A DNA stretch of 64,000 bases from Leptogorgia sarmentosa (Eukaryota). Made by a program: the position numbers and the translations under genes. The DNA lies in NCBI GenBank assembly GCA_964658305.1, contig OZ210886.1, forward strand, positions 310,001 through 374,000. Direction: 5' to 3'. Numbering within the stretch: the stretch's first letter is position 1; every line of letters begins with the position of its first letter. This document shows, piece by piece, positions 11,334 to 30,900 of the stretch. The notes beneath the pieces are model-generated. The model saw nothing but the letters and a program-made list of their open reading frames with translations. It did not search any database and was not told the DNA's origin.

Positions 11334-14300
11334 TTATTTCTGTGGGAAATGGATCAATGCTTTCACAGCAGTGAGGATTTCATCCATCTTATCTACGCCT
11401 ACAAGAAAAAAAAACTACATTTAACATGATATATCATGTGTTGACTACATGGGGAAACATGGGGACCAATCGACGTTTAAAGAGTTCGCGACACAGTCCC
11501 GTCATGAAATGGATAGCATGGGCTGGTTGTGGACTGCAAGTAAACTAAACCTTTCAACTAAATTACGTACTTACCCAACAAGTCGTACAACTGGGATACC
11601 AGCGATTGAAAAGCTGGGAAAAATTCGTCGTACTCCTCTAGTCGTTTTATGATACTAAAGGCGAAAAAAACGCAACTATATCTACAACCCACTGACCCAA
11701 CATAAAGAAAGCTAGCAATTACAACAGCTTGATGTAAAAATAAGAAAACATACCCAGGTAAATCCTGGAACTTTAAGTAGTGTCTTGCTGTTTGAATCTT
11801 TCCAATGGCATTCACAATTTCAACCGAATTGGCATTAGGTGCTGTAAAGAAAAAATGAACCTGAATAAAGAATTGTGCGGAAGAAGACAGATGAAAGGGA
11901 GGAACCCGTTAACCTCTTGCGGAAGAGAGAGAGAGGGCGGAGGAAGGTCGATATTATCCAAGGAGTGAGCCTTTTATCATCATGTGCGAGGAACACCTTT
12001 ATCATTCTGCGCATGCATGTAAAATACTTCCGCGGTATTGGAGGGGTATGCAATTGGCTATTTGGTTTTTAAAATTCGATGTGATCGTTGTTTCAACATA
12101 CATCTCGTACTCATTTTCTTGTCATTTTTCTTCAAATAACTACAACATGCTGCATGGTACTATGAATGTTTACAAAGAAACATGTCACATACCTAAATCA
12201 AGAGTCTCCCTGATAGTTTTCATGACATTGTACATCTCTCCTACTTTACTGTAAACTTCGTTCATTCTTGGAAATATACCGGCAATACTTTTCACATCGA
12301 ACAATTTCTGGAAATGAGCCACGATGCTTTTCAACTGCTGCGTTGACGCGGGATCATCTTTCTCTCGTAAATCAGAAGCTTTCGCTCGGTCGTCATTCGC
12401 AGTTATTTTCTCCAAAGCCTTCTTCAGATCATCAACACTAACATCGTTACCTTCGACAAACAAGTCCTCCGTAGTTTTCCAAGGGAAAAGATTTTGAGAT
12501 AAACGTGTGATTTCGTCTTTTAGTGCCTAGATTCAAAAGACATTTCAAATATGCGTGAGCATGCTCTGCATATAACATTGTTTGTGGTGTCACTGGGAAA
12601 AGTTTTTAAAAACAATTCTATCCACTTTCTTAGACAATTCGTGTTTGGGGAACAACCAGGTTACCTTCAAGTTCTTCATTTCACTTGACCACTTCTTGAG
12701 CGTTGGTAAGATTAGTTTCCAGGCCTTTTCACAATAAACAGAATGATCACGTGGTTCTGTGCTGTCTGACATGTCATCGAGCAGTTGATACGGAACATTC
12801 TTTACATCAATCACTTGCAAGATTTTGCGTATCAACTACAATAGTAAAGAAACATCATCACGAGATATAGCAAATAATTGAGAGATCATATGGTGTCATT
12901 GCTCAAAATCCTTAAAGCTAACGATCGGACAACTGTGAATCCAAGCAAAATCGAGCAGCGTTTGAATTCGCACTCTTAACTCGCACGCGATTCGGTAACG
13001 CGACGCGATTCAGTTTCGGTTTTTGAAAGTACATAGAACTGTGCCAGAAAGTAAATTTTGGAAGCCATGTGAACCTGATGAGTTAAAAAGTCTTGTCGCT
13101 ATGAAATCTTGAGAAATATTGCATCAGGAACAATTATGTGAAAAATCCGGTCGCGTCCGGCCTGTGTGGGCTTACACACAACACTTGTATAACAAATGCG
13201 CGCTTTTCAACAACAACAAACTGCGTACCGCTTCCATTTTCTTTTGCGTTTCACCAAGAGAGAGCAGAGAGTCTAAAAGCGGGTGGATGTCTTTCAAGTC
13301 GTTGATGTTCAACCTTGTGCATATACGCTGGAAAAATAAGCAATTTGTTTAAATCATGAACTATTTTAATAAATTTTTTAATGAAAATTATCAACTGTGA
13401 TGAGCCCGTTCAGAACAAAGCGATGATGGAGAACAACGGATGAAATCAGATGAAATCTTGCCTTAATGCTAATAGGATTTTCGTATTTTTATGTTTTTCG
13501 TCTTGGACTAAGATTTATTCAAGTGGGTGGGATAAACCGTGATCTATGAAAGATTACTAAAGGACATGGGATAAAAGGTACTCAAAATCCCGCACGAACT
13601 GTTGTGAAGAGAACATCATGTATTAAAATTTTATTTTTACACATTTTGTCTATCATAATTACATCAACATATCAAATCGGTTGTATGCAGTACCTTGATA
13701 TATTTTCTGCACACATCAATAGGAAGAAAATCAATATCTTTGATCTGTAAAAGGAAAATTGAATTTTTAACGAACAACTATAATATTTTATGCTAATGTG
13801 AAGGGAAAAAATAACATACTTGAGTTTTATGTTTTACAGGTTTTTTCTTATCATTCATTTCTTTGGTCCTCCTACTTGAAATACTAAAAAGAGAGTAACA
13901 TGTGTTACCAACTAATGTTATCAACCTCCAAAACAATGGAACTCATGTCGAATATTGATTGTCCAAGAGCTGTAAAAGTAGTCACCTCAGGTTGTTTTCC
14001 ATGAGAATTCTTTCGAGTTTCTTATTATATTTCCATGCCTTCCTCCATTCGTCTAAACCTGGTCTAGAATACAAAGTGAACTATTTCAGTCTATGATCTA
14101 CTGTATGTAATCGCAACACTGCATGTACAAACAAGTTTATATAATGAGTCTATTGACATAAACCATTATGCATGCAGTATATGTACGGTTCTTGGTCTCA
14201 AAGTTGCTAAGGAACATTTAGGACATTTTTAATTACCTTTTTACAAGCTCTGCTTTTAATTTGTTATTTTCATCTTCCAATAAATCAATCAGTTTCTTAG

Positions 14301-16867
14301 ACTCTTCAACATGTCTTTCAGTCGTCTGGTCAATACAAATATAATTGTGTGTGTCATGGAGAAAACCTGTAGCTGTTTAACAACATTTAATAATTACGTC
14401 CCATGCTACCCATAATTTCTACTCTTACCTTCAATTTCTTTTCAAGAAACCTGGAATCTGGCATGATGTCAGTCCTACTTGCTTTTCCTGCAAGTACATT
14501 TCCACTGCCCAGTGTTTCAGGTGTGGATTCAATATTTTTAGGAGTGGACTCTCCACCATCATCCATATCAGAGGCACTGGCGGGCGAGTGATCATCATCT
14601 TTTTCTACAGTATTACTCGTCTTGCTGTTTCCACTACTGAAACAATAATAAACAAAACACTAACTTTATATTCTCTATTTCACTTTATTTTGAATTCTGA
14701 ACATTGCACGAACTCTTTGCTTTCAAAATGCAATGAACGTAACTGAACAAGAGACAAAGAGCTGCATAAATATATTGTGAGAAAAATCGTTTACCTGTTC
14801 GAATCATCTTTATTAAACTTATGTTTGTGACGTGCAGACTCTTGTGCTTGCCTCTCTCTTTCCTATGATTCAAAAACAATACTTTTTTCAACGGCTTTTC
14901 GCACCATGATGTTCCACCAAAGTGGACGCGGCAATCTTCCGCTTAGAGCTGCAATTATGATTGAATACAGTACATGTCATACAAACCATTGCAACTAATT
15001 CCTGGTTTTGATAGCGTAGTTCAACAATTTCTTGTTCCTTTTCAACACATTTTTGCTCAAGAAGATCACATTTTGCTTGCAAGTCAGCCTTGGCAATACT
15101 TGTCGCTTGCATTTCTTCACCATGACTTCGCACTTCGTTCAGACGTTTTTGTTCATGTTCCTAAATGTCAAGAATAGAAGGAGTTGAATTCCGAGTAATC
15201 TTTTACAAAAACACATTGTCAAAAAAAACACAATGAGCACTGAAAACTAGTGCGCACTACACCCACCTGGATTTGTACTTGTTGGGATTTCAGTTCTTTG
15301 CGAAGTCGGCCAACCTTGGGATAAATATTTTGTTTGCATTGCTTGTGGTTGATCATGCAGATGTACAAAAAAGTGTACAGTAGCACGAAAAAAGATGCTG
15401 AGGAAGTACCTCCCTGTCATAACGATATGCTTTATCACTTTTCTCATTGACTTCTTCTCTGAAAAAAAATACAGAACATCACGAGTACAAACGACTATAG
15501 TGTACAACAAGATTAGAACTACCTATGATTAGATGTGACATGGGTATACACTCACTGTAACTTATTCGAAGAAGTGATAAGCTCTTGTACTAAAGCCTGA
15601 CGTCTTTCACAATCATCCAGGAGTTTTTCAATTGTGTTTCTCAGCATATGAGCTTCAGCCTCGTCAAGAAAAACCCCTGAAATTTACATGAGATTGAGGG
15701 CAATTTACGGCAAACATCGCCATGTACACATTGATTAACCGATTAATCACTTACGGGTTGCGAGGTACGTATTTTATTCATTTTATCAAATCGAATGAAA
15801 AGACTTTTATATTTGGCACCTTTATCCAAATTTTTAACCATATATGTTGGCAATTGATCTAAGGGCCATAACTGTGAAGTACTCTTAGTATTTTATCATC
15901 CCGCTGGATACATTTGGTGAAACTATGAATGCATGGTAGTTACTAGGAGCCTAACCATGATGGAGGTAGAAAAAAACTTAACCAAAACTTTACCCTCTCC
16001 CCCTCCCCCCCACCAACTCAAATGTGATCTTTCGATCACCACTATACCTGACTGGTTTTCAGAAATTTGACTTGGAGGTATTGGTCTAATTGAACGAAAC
16101 CCATGTTGCTTTAAACGATTGTTTACATTAATCCAGTCTTCTGTTTCCTCCTACCAGATGAAAATGTTAACTTAATCGTAGGCTCAAACTTAACACACCT
16201 GGCCATTGTTTTAGATATGAAATTATATTGTACCATAACTACATTACTAAATTATAACTTACAAAGTACTCATCACGATGTTCGTCCACACCATTTGAAT
16301 TTTCTGGAAGATAGAAGAGAACTGTAAACACCCTCCCTTGTCACTTTGTTTCAATATAAACTACAATCTTCTCAGCTGAGAAATGCTCAGTGGCCATCAC
16401 CCTAACCCCTTCTTCCCAAACCCTTTTGGCCTACTATTATGGCCAGTCATCCCTACAATTAACTGTATATAGTCAAATTTCAGGGTATAGAACATTGTGA
16501 ATCTACCAGTTACCTTATCCAGAAAAAAATGCGCACAAAGTCCAAATCAAACACAATTAAACATTCATATCATATATACCATACCCAAAAATTCTGCATC
16601 AGTCCCAGAAACCTGTTTTGAGTTATCTGTGAGACTTGAAGTTCCCTAAAAATACAATCAAAGACAACGGGTATGTACTTGTATTTTTACGAACAGTAAG
16701 ATTTTAGTGAAAATAGACTTGTTGAGACTGTACACCCCGCCAAAATGTTCACCAAATGGATATGTAGTACTTGAATGAAAAAACAGTGAAACCTGTGAAC
16801 TTTCTTGCCATTTATTTATCTTTCCTTTTGCAGAATCGTCATCATCACTGCCTGTAGAGGAAGCCAT
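11334..16867 (-). CDS. CEP70: Centrosomal protein of 70 kDa, multi-exon
   Basis: N-terminal EEETEDWINVNNRLKQHGF, coiled-coil exons, and C-terminal HFQKLFDVKSIAGIFPRMNEVYSKVGEMYN and IIKRLEEYDEFFPAFQ match remembered CEP70 motifs. Last exon VDKMDEILTAVKALIHFPQK*. Confidence 0.88.
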
Positions 16868-17096
16868 CTTGAATTTATTTTTCAGTGATTGAATTTAAAT
16901 GAGTTGAAAATCGCGGGAAGGCTGTTCATTGGTTCATAGCTTGACCTTTAGACTTTAAACCGGAAATAGTGCATAAAAAGCACATGAAAACGTGAATGTT
17001 TTGGCAGTGGTTTTGGCAAACGTCAAGAATTTGTAGAACAATTCAATCAAGATACTCAAGTCCTCGAAGCAAGCACGTGGAAAGATATCAGAAACG
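16868..17096. promoter_or_regulatory. Bidirectional promoter region CEP70/ATIC
   Basis: Only 229 bp separate the divergent ATGs. On the minus strand: CCAAT (~16929-16933), TTCCCGCG (E2F-like, ~16912-16919) and TTTAAA. E-box CACGTG at 17074-17079. Confidence 0.65.
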
Positions 17097-22767
<5,671 letters not shown>

Positions 22768-24436
22768 AACAAATGGCTCCAAACATTACTAAATACACTT
22801 TACATGATGTAACACAGTTAGTCGATGATTACTGATATAGGCTTTATCAATTATGCATTCGTTATACGTATATACCTACTTGCCGATAGCATGTGTAGAA
22901 GTAACTATCCATAATGTACCCCGTAACAAAAGGGGGACGTACAGACTTTGATGGCTGGTAAGCAATACCTTTCCATCAAAATTAAAAAATAATAAATGAT
23001 GACGAAAAATCTTTATTGAATGATTTACAGCGATATTTGTCAGAAACCAGACCTGTAGCTAGTGACAGCTATAGTCGTTATATTTTCCATGCTTGAGCAA
23101 ACTTAAACTTGGCAGTGCAAACAAGGGCTTGCCTCATTGCTGAAGGAAGAAGTTGCCAAGATAAATTATACAGCGATTACGGGAACCACTGAGAATTTTG
23201 ATAAATTACAATTACAAGGGAACCCTCCGAAAATTCACAACATAATTTGAAGTTTACGTTTCAACTATTGTTTAGTCATCATCACGAAAGAAATGATGAT
23301 TCTATCACATACTATGAAATAACTACATTTATAAAATAACCCGAAGTATGTGAAAAAGATTGCGCGCGTGATTGGCTAACAGCCGTGTTGATGTGAGATT
23401 ATGTAAACACAGCTATTTCCCGCTGCTTCTCGCTATTGCGTTATTCCGCTTTTTCCCTCCATTTCCTCATTGTATGTATATTTAAGGAATAGAAAACGTT
23501 TTCCATGTTTACATTGAGTTATAAACACTTGTTGCAAGTTTGGGAGAACTCGAAATGTGTGGAAACACTCGCCCTTCGGGCATATACAGTGAGGAAATAT
23601 GATAAATTGGTTAAAGTTATTTTGAGGGGTTTTTTCCATGTGGTAAGATTAAGTTCATGTCCGGCGTTAATAGCTATATAGATACTTGTAACAATATTAA
23701 TGACCTACATTTATCTATAATCTTAGTGTTAGACCATGGTGAGTTTTTCCAGTATCGCAGAGTTGAGAATTTTTTCGTGTATATTATATGGTATAAATTG
23801 TTGATTTTGACATTGTTTGCGTGCATGATATTATTTGTTTTTCAAGAACAAGTGACGTCCTGACTCCCAACAATTCTATACTGAATCAACAAACGTCTTA
23901 TATTTGCATAAAGTATATTGAAAAACAACTGTTTTGTTAATAAGTTTATGCCAGAAAAAAATAAGGTTCAAGTATATAGACTAGTCTTCACTGTTCAAGT
24001 TAACATAGAATTGCACATCTGTCAAAGTGTATCATATATATATATATACACCGAAAAACTGTGATAACGTTTTAAAGCAGCGTGTATATATATATGTAAA
24101 TAATCTCGCTGTAAGTTTACCGTCAGATAGGTCCGTCTATATAATATTATATAGTCCGTCCGGTTCAAGAATTTGCTGAAGCTTTAGAAATTTTGCATAG
24201 TTTCAAACGTAAACTTTGCATAGGATAGCGTATACAAAACAACAGGCATCGGGCAATATTTCTCATTTCGACCCAACCACATTCGAACGCTATTCTTTGG
24301 TGCCAAGCTGCAAGGTAATACTCTTGTAAGTGAAATAATTTTGTGAACGGATCTGAGTCAATATTGCTTTTTATAAAACGGAAAATACATTAGCAGAGTT
24401 TCATACAATCATGTCCCTTTTTTCAGTTAATTGACT

Positions 24437-26253
24437 ATGACTACGATTTCAAAATGTGTTTTACTCCTGTCCGTTGTTGGCTTTATACCAGTATCTACGA
24501 AATCGTTTCATAATTGCTGCCAATCATTGCGGAAAGATTTGGAAAAGAAATCAGAAGCGTCCACGTTGTTGTGCACAGCAAACAACAAAACTTTTGTGCC
24601 TCTTCCGTTTCACTGTAAATCGTTCAACAATGAGTTGCAAGAAAAGTGGGATGGTTACAACAAAATTTGCCCAGCAATCAGGGGCAAGGAATGTAAGTAT
24701 ATATTATTTAATTCTTAATCAAGACCGTATGCATGGATTTTTTGGTAGACAGTGCAGTAGACAGCTCCAGGCACGTCAGAAGAACCAACAGTTTAAACGA
24801 CTTTTGACTGTATTTTGCCAGAGATGATACATCTTTTATATCATCGTGCTTCAATTTTAACTCGTTTTCTCTCACTTTGTGTTGTCCCTTCGAACACTTC
24901 ATAGCTGGATGCTTTGCGGGTAGTTAATGGAAAATGCCTGATTATATATAGATATCTCTAATTTATCGGTTTTTATATGGGGACGGGAAATTTTTCCCAT
25001 GTATACTGTAATTAATTAAATAAATCTTTATGAGATTTTGATTTGCACAGGAAGGGTTGGCAATCATTCTCAGTAGCTCTTTTCTTAGCAGCTGCACACA
25101 ATGTATGATTTTCACAGAAAGAAATTCACTTTTAAAACAGGGAGAAGGTAGTTTCGACTAAACTGCCACGTTATTTTAGTCACTATACCTGCGCGAGGTG
25201 ACTGTTCATTCTGCATTTTGACTTTTTTAATGCTGTACGTATGTCACTCTGTCTTCAAGGTCCGAACGCAAAGTCAATGATATTTAAGGATTACAACGTC
25301 GATGACTATGCTATGAGCGTGGGAGCTCCCGAAATGGATGCAATAACAACATGTTTCTGGGCAAAGACGAAACAAATGACAGGATATGCATTTTACATCT
25401 CATATGCAGTGTTGTCTGCAACGAATCAGTTAATCGTTCACGGTCACACTGACCTCAAACTAACAATTAATCATGAATCCGGTGGTAAGAGAGTTAGCTC
25501 CAGGTAAGGCCCTGTATTTTCTTTGTTTAGCCCTCTCTCCAATTTTTTAAACGTTGTTTACGCTTCAGTTGGTGCGGTTAACTGTTTCATGTTCAATTAA
25601 TGAAAAGTTTACGATAGTTTGGAGTTTTCAATTGTTGTAGTGTTTTACCAAATGATGATCACGTTAGTTAGAATGCCTTGTTTAGTTCTTGTCGATAAAT
25701 TGAATTCTTTTAATATTCACTTGGTGATGATTTATTACACTGTTCTTATTAATATGATTTTTTACCCAATTTTCATGTACACCGAATCCAAAATGTATAA
25801 CCCCTTCAAAATCAAAAGTTACTAACTTACTGACTGGCTAATAATATTATCATATCATTCAGTTCACACAACATCAAGATCAACGATGGACGTTGGCATC
25901 ACATTTGTGTCACCTGGCAGGCAAAAGATGGTCAATATTCATTTTACAAGGATGGAAGAAATGTTGGCAGCGGTTCAATCCCAGACAGTGTTGGCAAACC
26001 ACTTGCAGCTAATGGAACATGGGTGTTTGGTCAAGAACAGGATACGGTTGGAGGTGGTTTTCAGAACCACCAAACGGCTGATGGGGAATTTACTGGATTC
26101 AATATTTGGGATAAAGTTCTTTTTCCATTGGAGATTATGAAAATGTCCAGAAAATGTAAATCAGGCGGTACTACTGGAAACGTGAAAACCTGGGCAGATT
26201 TTGTGTCTGGAATTCAAGGAAATGTGAAGATGACAAAATCAACTTGCTGTTGA
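24437..26253 (+). CDS. Secreted pentraxin-domain protein with Cys-rich N-terminal extension
   Basis: Three coding exons (~24437-24692, ~25260-25503, ~25863-26253) with consistent phases (1 and 2). Hydrophobic signal peptide, pentraxin motifs DGRWHHICVTW, FGQEQDTVGGGF and FNIWDKVL; ends KSTCC*. Confidence 0.9.
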
Positions 26254-26547
26254 CTTGAACAATCCCTCTCTTTCTCTTCGTTATATTTTTTGTACTACAA
26301 TGATTACATTTTCATTGATAGTTAATCACAAATAGAACATAATTTTATAACGTAATTTTTTATACTTTGTTAACACTGACAGTGCCAATTTATTAAATAA
26401 ATAAAGCTAGTCAAGTTGAAATGCGTCGTTCGTCTTGGTTCATAATTCGTCGTTTTTTTTTCACAATTTGAATGAAATGTGACCAACTTTCTGCAATATT
26501 GTAAAATGATGTGTGCCCTTCCACAAAATGACTGAGGTAGAATTAGT

Positions 26548-27701
26548 TCAACAATAAGAGGTCAATGGTACACACTCTATCCCTGTTTTTTGAGTGAATG
26601 CTGTTAGAATTTCCTTTTCTTTAGAGAACATCTGAAATGAAACCAAACCTCTTGCTCATTCCTTGCTCGTTTCCATCTCTCTGAGGCAAGATGTAATTAA
26701 TGATTCTAATCTAACTGCAGTTACTTTTAACTAGGGCTTATGTTACTGCAACAGTTTAGGACAGAATTATGCACTTATTAAATATGAAGGTCTTGTAATC
26801 AACTCACCAATTTCCATTCTTCTTCCGTGCTGTGTGTGTAACCCAATAAATGACAAATACCATGAGTCACATAAACCTATGGCAAATATGATAATTACAG
26901 TTTTATATAAGTTATCAGACAATCTTTTTCTAATGTGGTAAGTGCACAGCAAGGGACTGAAAATAATGAACAGCTAAGTGATCCAGTGACTGCACGAGAG
27001 CTGTATGTGGCATGCTAGTATGAGCTGTATGGTGTGGCATGCTAGTATGAGCTGTATGCTAGAGCTGTATATGTGGCAAGTTGGAAGATAGGTTTGTAAC
27101 ATATGTCACATACTGGTAAAGAATTTTCAAAATCCATTTCATCTTGCACACATTGTTCTTTGATGACAGATGGACATAAAAATATATCTCCAAGACTGTG
27201 GTCAACTTGTGGTGTCTCAATCTGAGGTAATTGTCCTGGAATGATGTCCTGCAAAAGTTACAGTACAATAATTACAACATAACAAACAACACAAAAAAGA
27301 AATTTTTAGTTTTTCTAATACAGATTATCTGCAATAGAACTTATGCATGAAGACATCACGATGGGTGAGGCATGCAGGGCAGGGATGAAGTTACTGGGGG
27401 GGGGATGAAGTTACTGGGGGGGGGGGGGGGGGTTGAAGTTTGGGTGACACCCCCAATAATTGGAAAAAATTAAGTAAGAATAATCACTTACATGATAATT
27501 TGGAAATGACAAAACGTCTGTTGGCCTCTCAACCTTACGGTAAACTTTATTCATTCTTTTTATGCGCAGTTTACTCAAACATATTACACCCAAGCTGTTC
27601 TGCTCTATTTCAAAAAGGTTCATTAAAATAGCGACATGTTTCCGCAGACGCTTAACGCTGAGTGGAACAGATATTTGAATATTTCGTACAACAAATGACA
27701 T
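26548..27701 (-). CDS. YBEY: Endoribonuclease YbeY (UPF0054), 4 coding exons
   Basis: MNKVYRKVERPTDVLSFP, LGDIFLC, the metal-binding motif HGICHLLGYTH (exon ~26808-26876), and last exon MFSKEKEIL...SYC*. Confidence 0.95.
26998..27078. repeat. Imperfect minisatellite in YBEY intron
   Basis: About four copies of gagctgtat(g/gtg)tggcatgctagtat with indels. Confidence 0.75.
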
Positions 27702-27916
27702 CACTGCAAATTATTTTTATAAACGATAACATAGTAATTATAAACATCTTTCATTGTCAGGAAGGTTTTTCCACAAATTGCAACCTCAAGCAGGACAAGC
27801 AGGTCATTAAGCTTACATGAAGTACCCCTACGCCATTTAATGAAAACGAGCGAAAAATTTGAGCGTGAACAATCAAAATTCATTCTGTAAACATTACAGT
27901 AGTTTCTTCATAGAAT
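27702..27916. promoter_or_regulatory. Bidirectional promoter region YBEY/ACL4-like
   Basis: 215 bp between divergent ATGs. YY1-like cgccattt at 27831. CACGTG at 28033 in the first intron of the ACL4-like gene. Confidence 0.6.
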
Positions 27917-30900
27917 ATGGGTAAACGAAAGAAAAAGACGACTAAATTAACTGGTATGCGTGTTTATAATGTGTGTCAGTGTTGGTCTTTTTTAAAACGC
28001 TATTCACTTAATTAATGCTTTATTATTGTGACCACGTGAAATTTGGGGTACAGTTACTGTAATTAGTAAGAACATAGAACGTTGCAATATGCTTTGGTGA
28101 GTTGGTGAAAAAAAAACATCACACTAGCGGAGTAGAAATGCTTTGATTCAAAACTTAATCTTGTATTCCCACCTTGTGATGTTTATTGGTTTCTAATTGA
28201 CTCTATTACTGTATAATGTAAACAGTACCACGTGCGTGTGTCGTCAGACATGGTATCCTGGTGATAGCACTGTGCACATAAATCTAGGTACCATAAATGT
28301 AATAAGTGCAACATCAAAGTGAATATGCTGAAGCTTAGTGTTTTACTTTCTACCAAAGGTGCTTCTTCCAAAGAGAATGAGAATGAAAGCAAAGATAAAG
28401 AACAAAATTCAAATGAACAGAAATTTACAGTAGACGACCTACTTAAAAAGGTTGTTCTCGTAAGATATATTGCTTAAGGAGCATGGTTGAGGAGGATGGT
28501 GAAGGACCTTAACCATCCTCCTTAACCATAACTTAACTGTGCCTCAACCATACCATAACCATGATACCTTAACTGTGCCTCAACCATGCGTTTTTATGCT
28601 TAAAGAATGGGAGTATTTGTGTTCTTGTTGGGTGCATATAAACCCAACACTCCACTGGGCTCCCATAGTCATTGATAGTATTATTGAAAAATAACAGTCA
28701 GATTGGTTGAAGGTCAGAAGGTCACTAAGGTGTAGATTATGAAATAAATATATATTGTGTTTGATGTTTAAATCGATAGAGGTTAGGGTGCTTATCAAAT
28801 ATCAGGCTGGCTGTAAGTGTCTCAGGATTTTCATGGTTAAATTTTTCATTATTCAAAGGTCGAAGAATACATGGAAAGTTTTAATTTTGAGTTGGCTGAA
28901 AGGTTCTGCACTCGTGCTGTTGAATTGTCTCCAGATAACCTTCAGGCATTAAACATGGCTGCTTCTGTATATTTGGAGATTGGAAAAGTTAATGAAGCAG
29001 TTGGTGTATCCTTTTTGCAGGAATTTCGTTTATGTTGCCAGCTAGTGTGTTGATAATTGATTGAAGATTTACTACATAAAAGTAGTTTGATGACTTGGGA
29101 AACCGTGTAGTACTACATAATTATATAGTACATGATTGTTGAACATACTGGGTACTACTAAATAGGACGTGGGGGTGCCCAGGCATACATAGCATAGTAT
29201 AAAGCAGTGTACAATCCTTTCTCAACCTCTTCAGAGCATTTATGTAAGCGAAAAATAACATTTTCGACGTGTCTTCTCGTGAATTCCTTTTGGAGAATGA
29301 GTGACGACACAGAAATGATCAAAGAGTAAGACGGAAGATTATTAAAGGGCGCTATTACCGATAAAACGTTAAACACATTATGAACTCAATAAACCGTTCA
29401 AAAACTATATTAATTGATATGAAGTTTTTCTTTAATCACCAAAAGTGTCTAAAACACGCCATAGATATAGAACCAAACAACGGTTTTAGTAAATATATGA
29501 CGCTAGGTGAAGTTTTGGAAGGAGAACAAGCAGTTGAGTGTTTAAAAAAAGGAATTGAGATAATGATCAATGAGAAAGAAACACATGAAAAGGTAAAGAT
29601 CACTCACTTTTTTTCTACTCTATTTGCTGGAAAAAAGTCCGAATATCTCAACGACGCAGAAATTTTTATTATTGAAAAATTGCACGCGTGTTTGGCGATA
29701 TTCAAACCTCTGATAGCTAATGTAGTACACACATTAAGAATATTTCCATTCTTCAAAGCTGACAGTAAATTGCCAAAAATTTTAGCCGGCGTTGTTGTAG
29801 TTGCAGTATCGCTGGCTCGAAACCATGTAATTAAATAAACTACCTACACACCTTGCTCGATTCTTGAACCTTTTTAGCTAATCAGCGTCGAAGGAATTGA
29901 TTACAGTAATCTTATTCTCAGTTGATTACTTGGTTTTTCAGGAGAATATTTCCGATGGTGGTGCTATACGTAGTGAAACAGCAGAAATAACCAATCAAGA
30001 CATTTCAAATGCGTTCTGTTCCCTGGCAGAAATATATCTCACAGATTGCTGGTATTATAGTACTTGCATTTCTGAAATTTTTTACATTCGTACGGGAGAG
30101 ACCAAAATTTCGGGAAGAGAGCAGAGTAGCTAAAGCTTTGCCATTGGAGGAGTACCATGCATGGTGCAGATTTTTACATTTTATGTGTTCATTGTGTAAA
30201 GTCTGGAAAAGCAACTGGAATTTTGAATTTTTACACCTTAGTAGCATATGACGTACGTAGCCTCTTTGAAGGCTTACCCTTTTTTGTAAATTTAAAGTTT
30301 TGCAGAAGATGCTGAAAATTCGTGCAAGTTATATTGTGAAAAAGCGATAGAACAGGATCCAGATAATCCTGATGCTTATCAAGTCATGGCCAACTTTCTG
30401 TTAAGTGAGCAGAAGAATGAGGTTGGTTTCCTCTATATAAGGTGGAATGGAACTCCCTACATCAAGCGATTATATTATTCTTGATGAGCTTTATGCGAAT
30501 GAGCCAAGAGTCTCATGGCCGGTAATGACTAAGCAATGCTTAAATCTTCAAGGAAGCTAAAGAAATGCTGTTAAAAGGTTTAAATCTTTGGCACGACAGT
30601 GACGACACAAACACAAAGGTTGGATTTGTCACGTGACATTAATGAACGATTAATGAAACTCCTATTTCAATCGTATTTCAAACATAACGTGTATGTACGT
30701 GGTTACACGTACTAGATACAAATAAAATACCACGAGTAAGGTCTGATCGTTTAAAAACACTCGTACTTAGAACATTGCTAATAGTGTTTCGCTCTGTCAT
30801 GTATTTAATGATAAAAAATTCGCGTAATATGTCTTCTGTCTTTAACTTTAACTTTATTATTACTTCTATGCCTTATTATTATTATGCTTTATTAACGTTT

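Noticed and set aside
23340..23580. Repeat-like segment between ATIC and the pentraxin gene (similar cases at ~5340-5385, ~44100-44350, ~53290-53560, ~55270-55380)
   Set aside because: They resemble dispersed-repeat fragments, but no paired termini or TSDs are visible, so I cannot classify them.
26998..27440. Repeats as possible CRISPR-like array
   Set aside because: Intronic minisatellite and poly-G slippage with no unique spacers, in a eukaryotic context.
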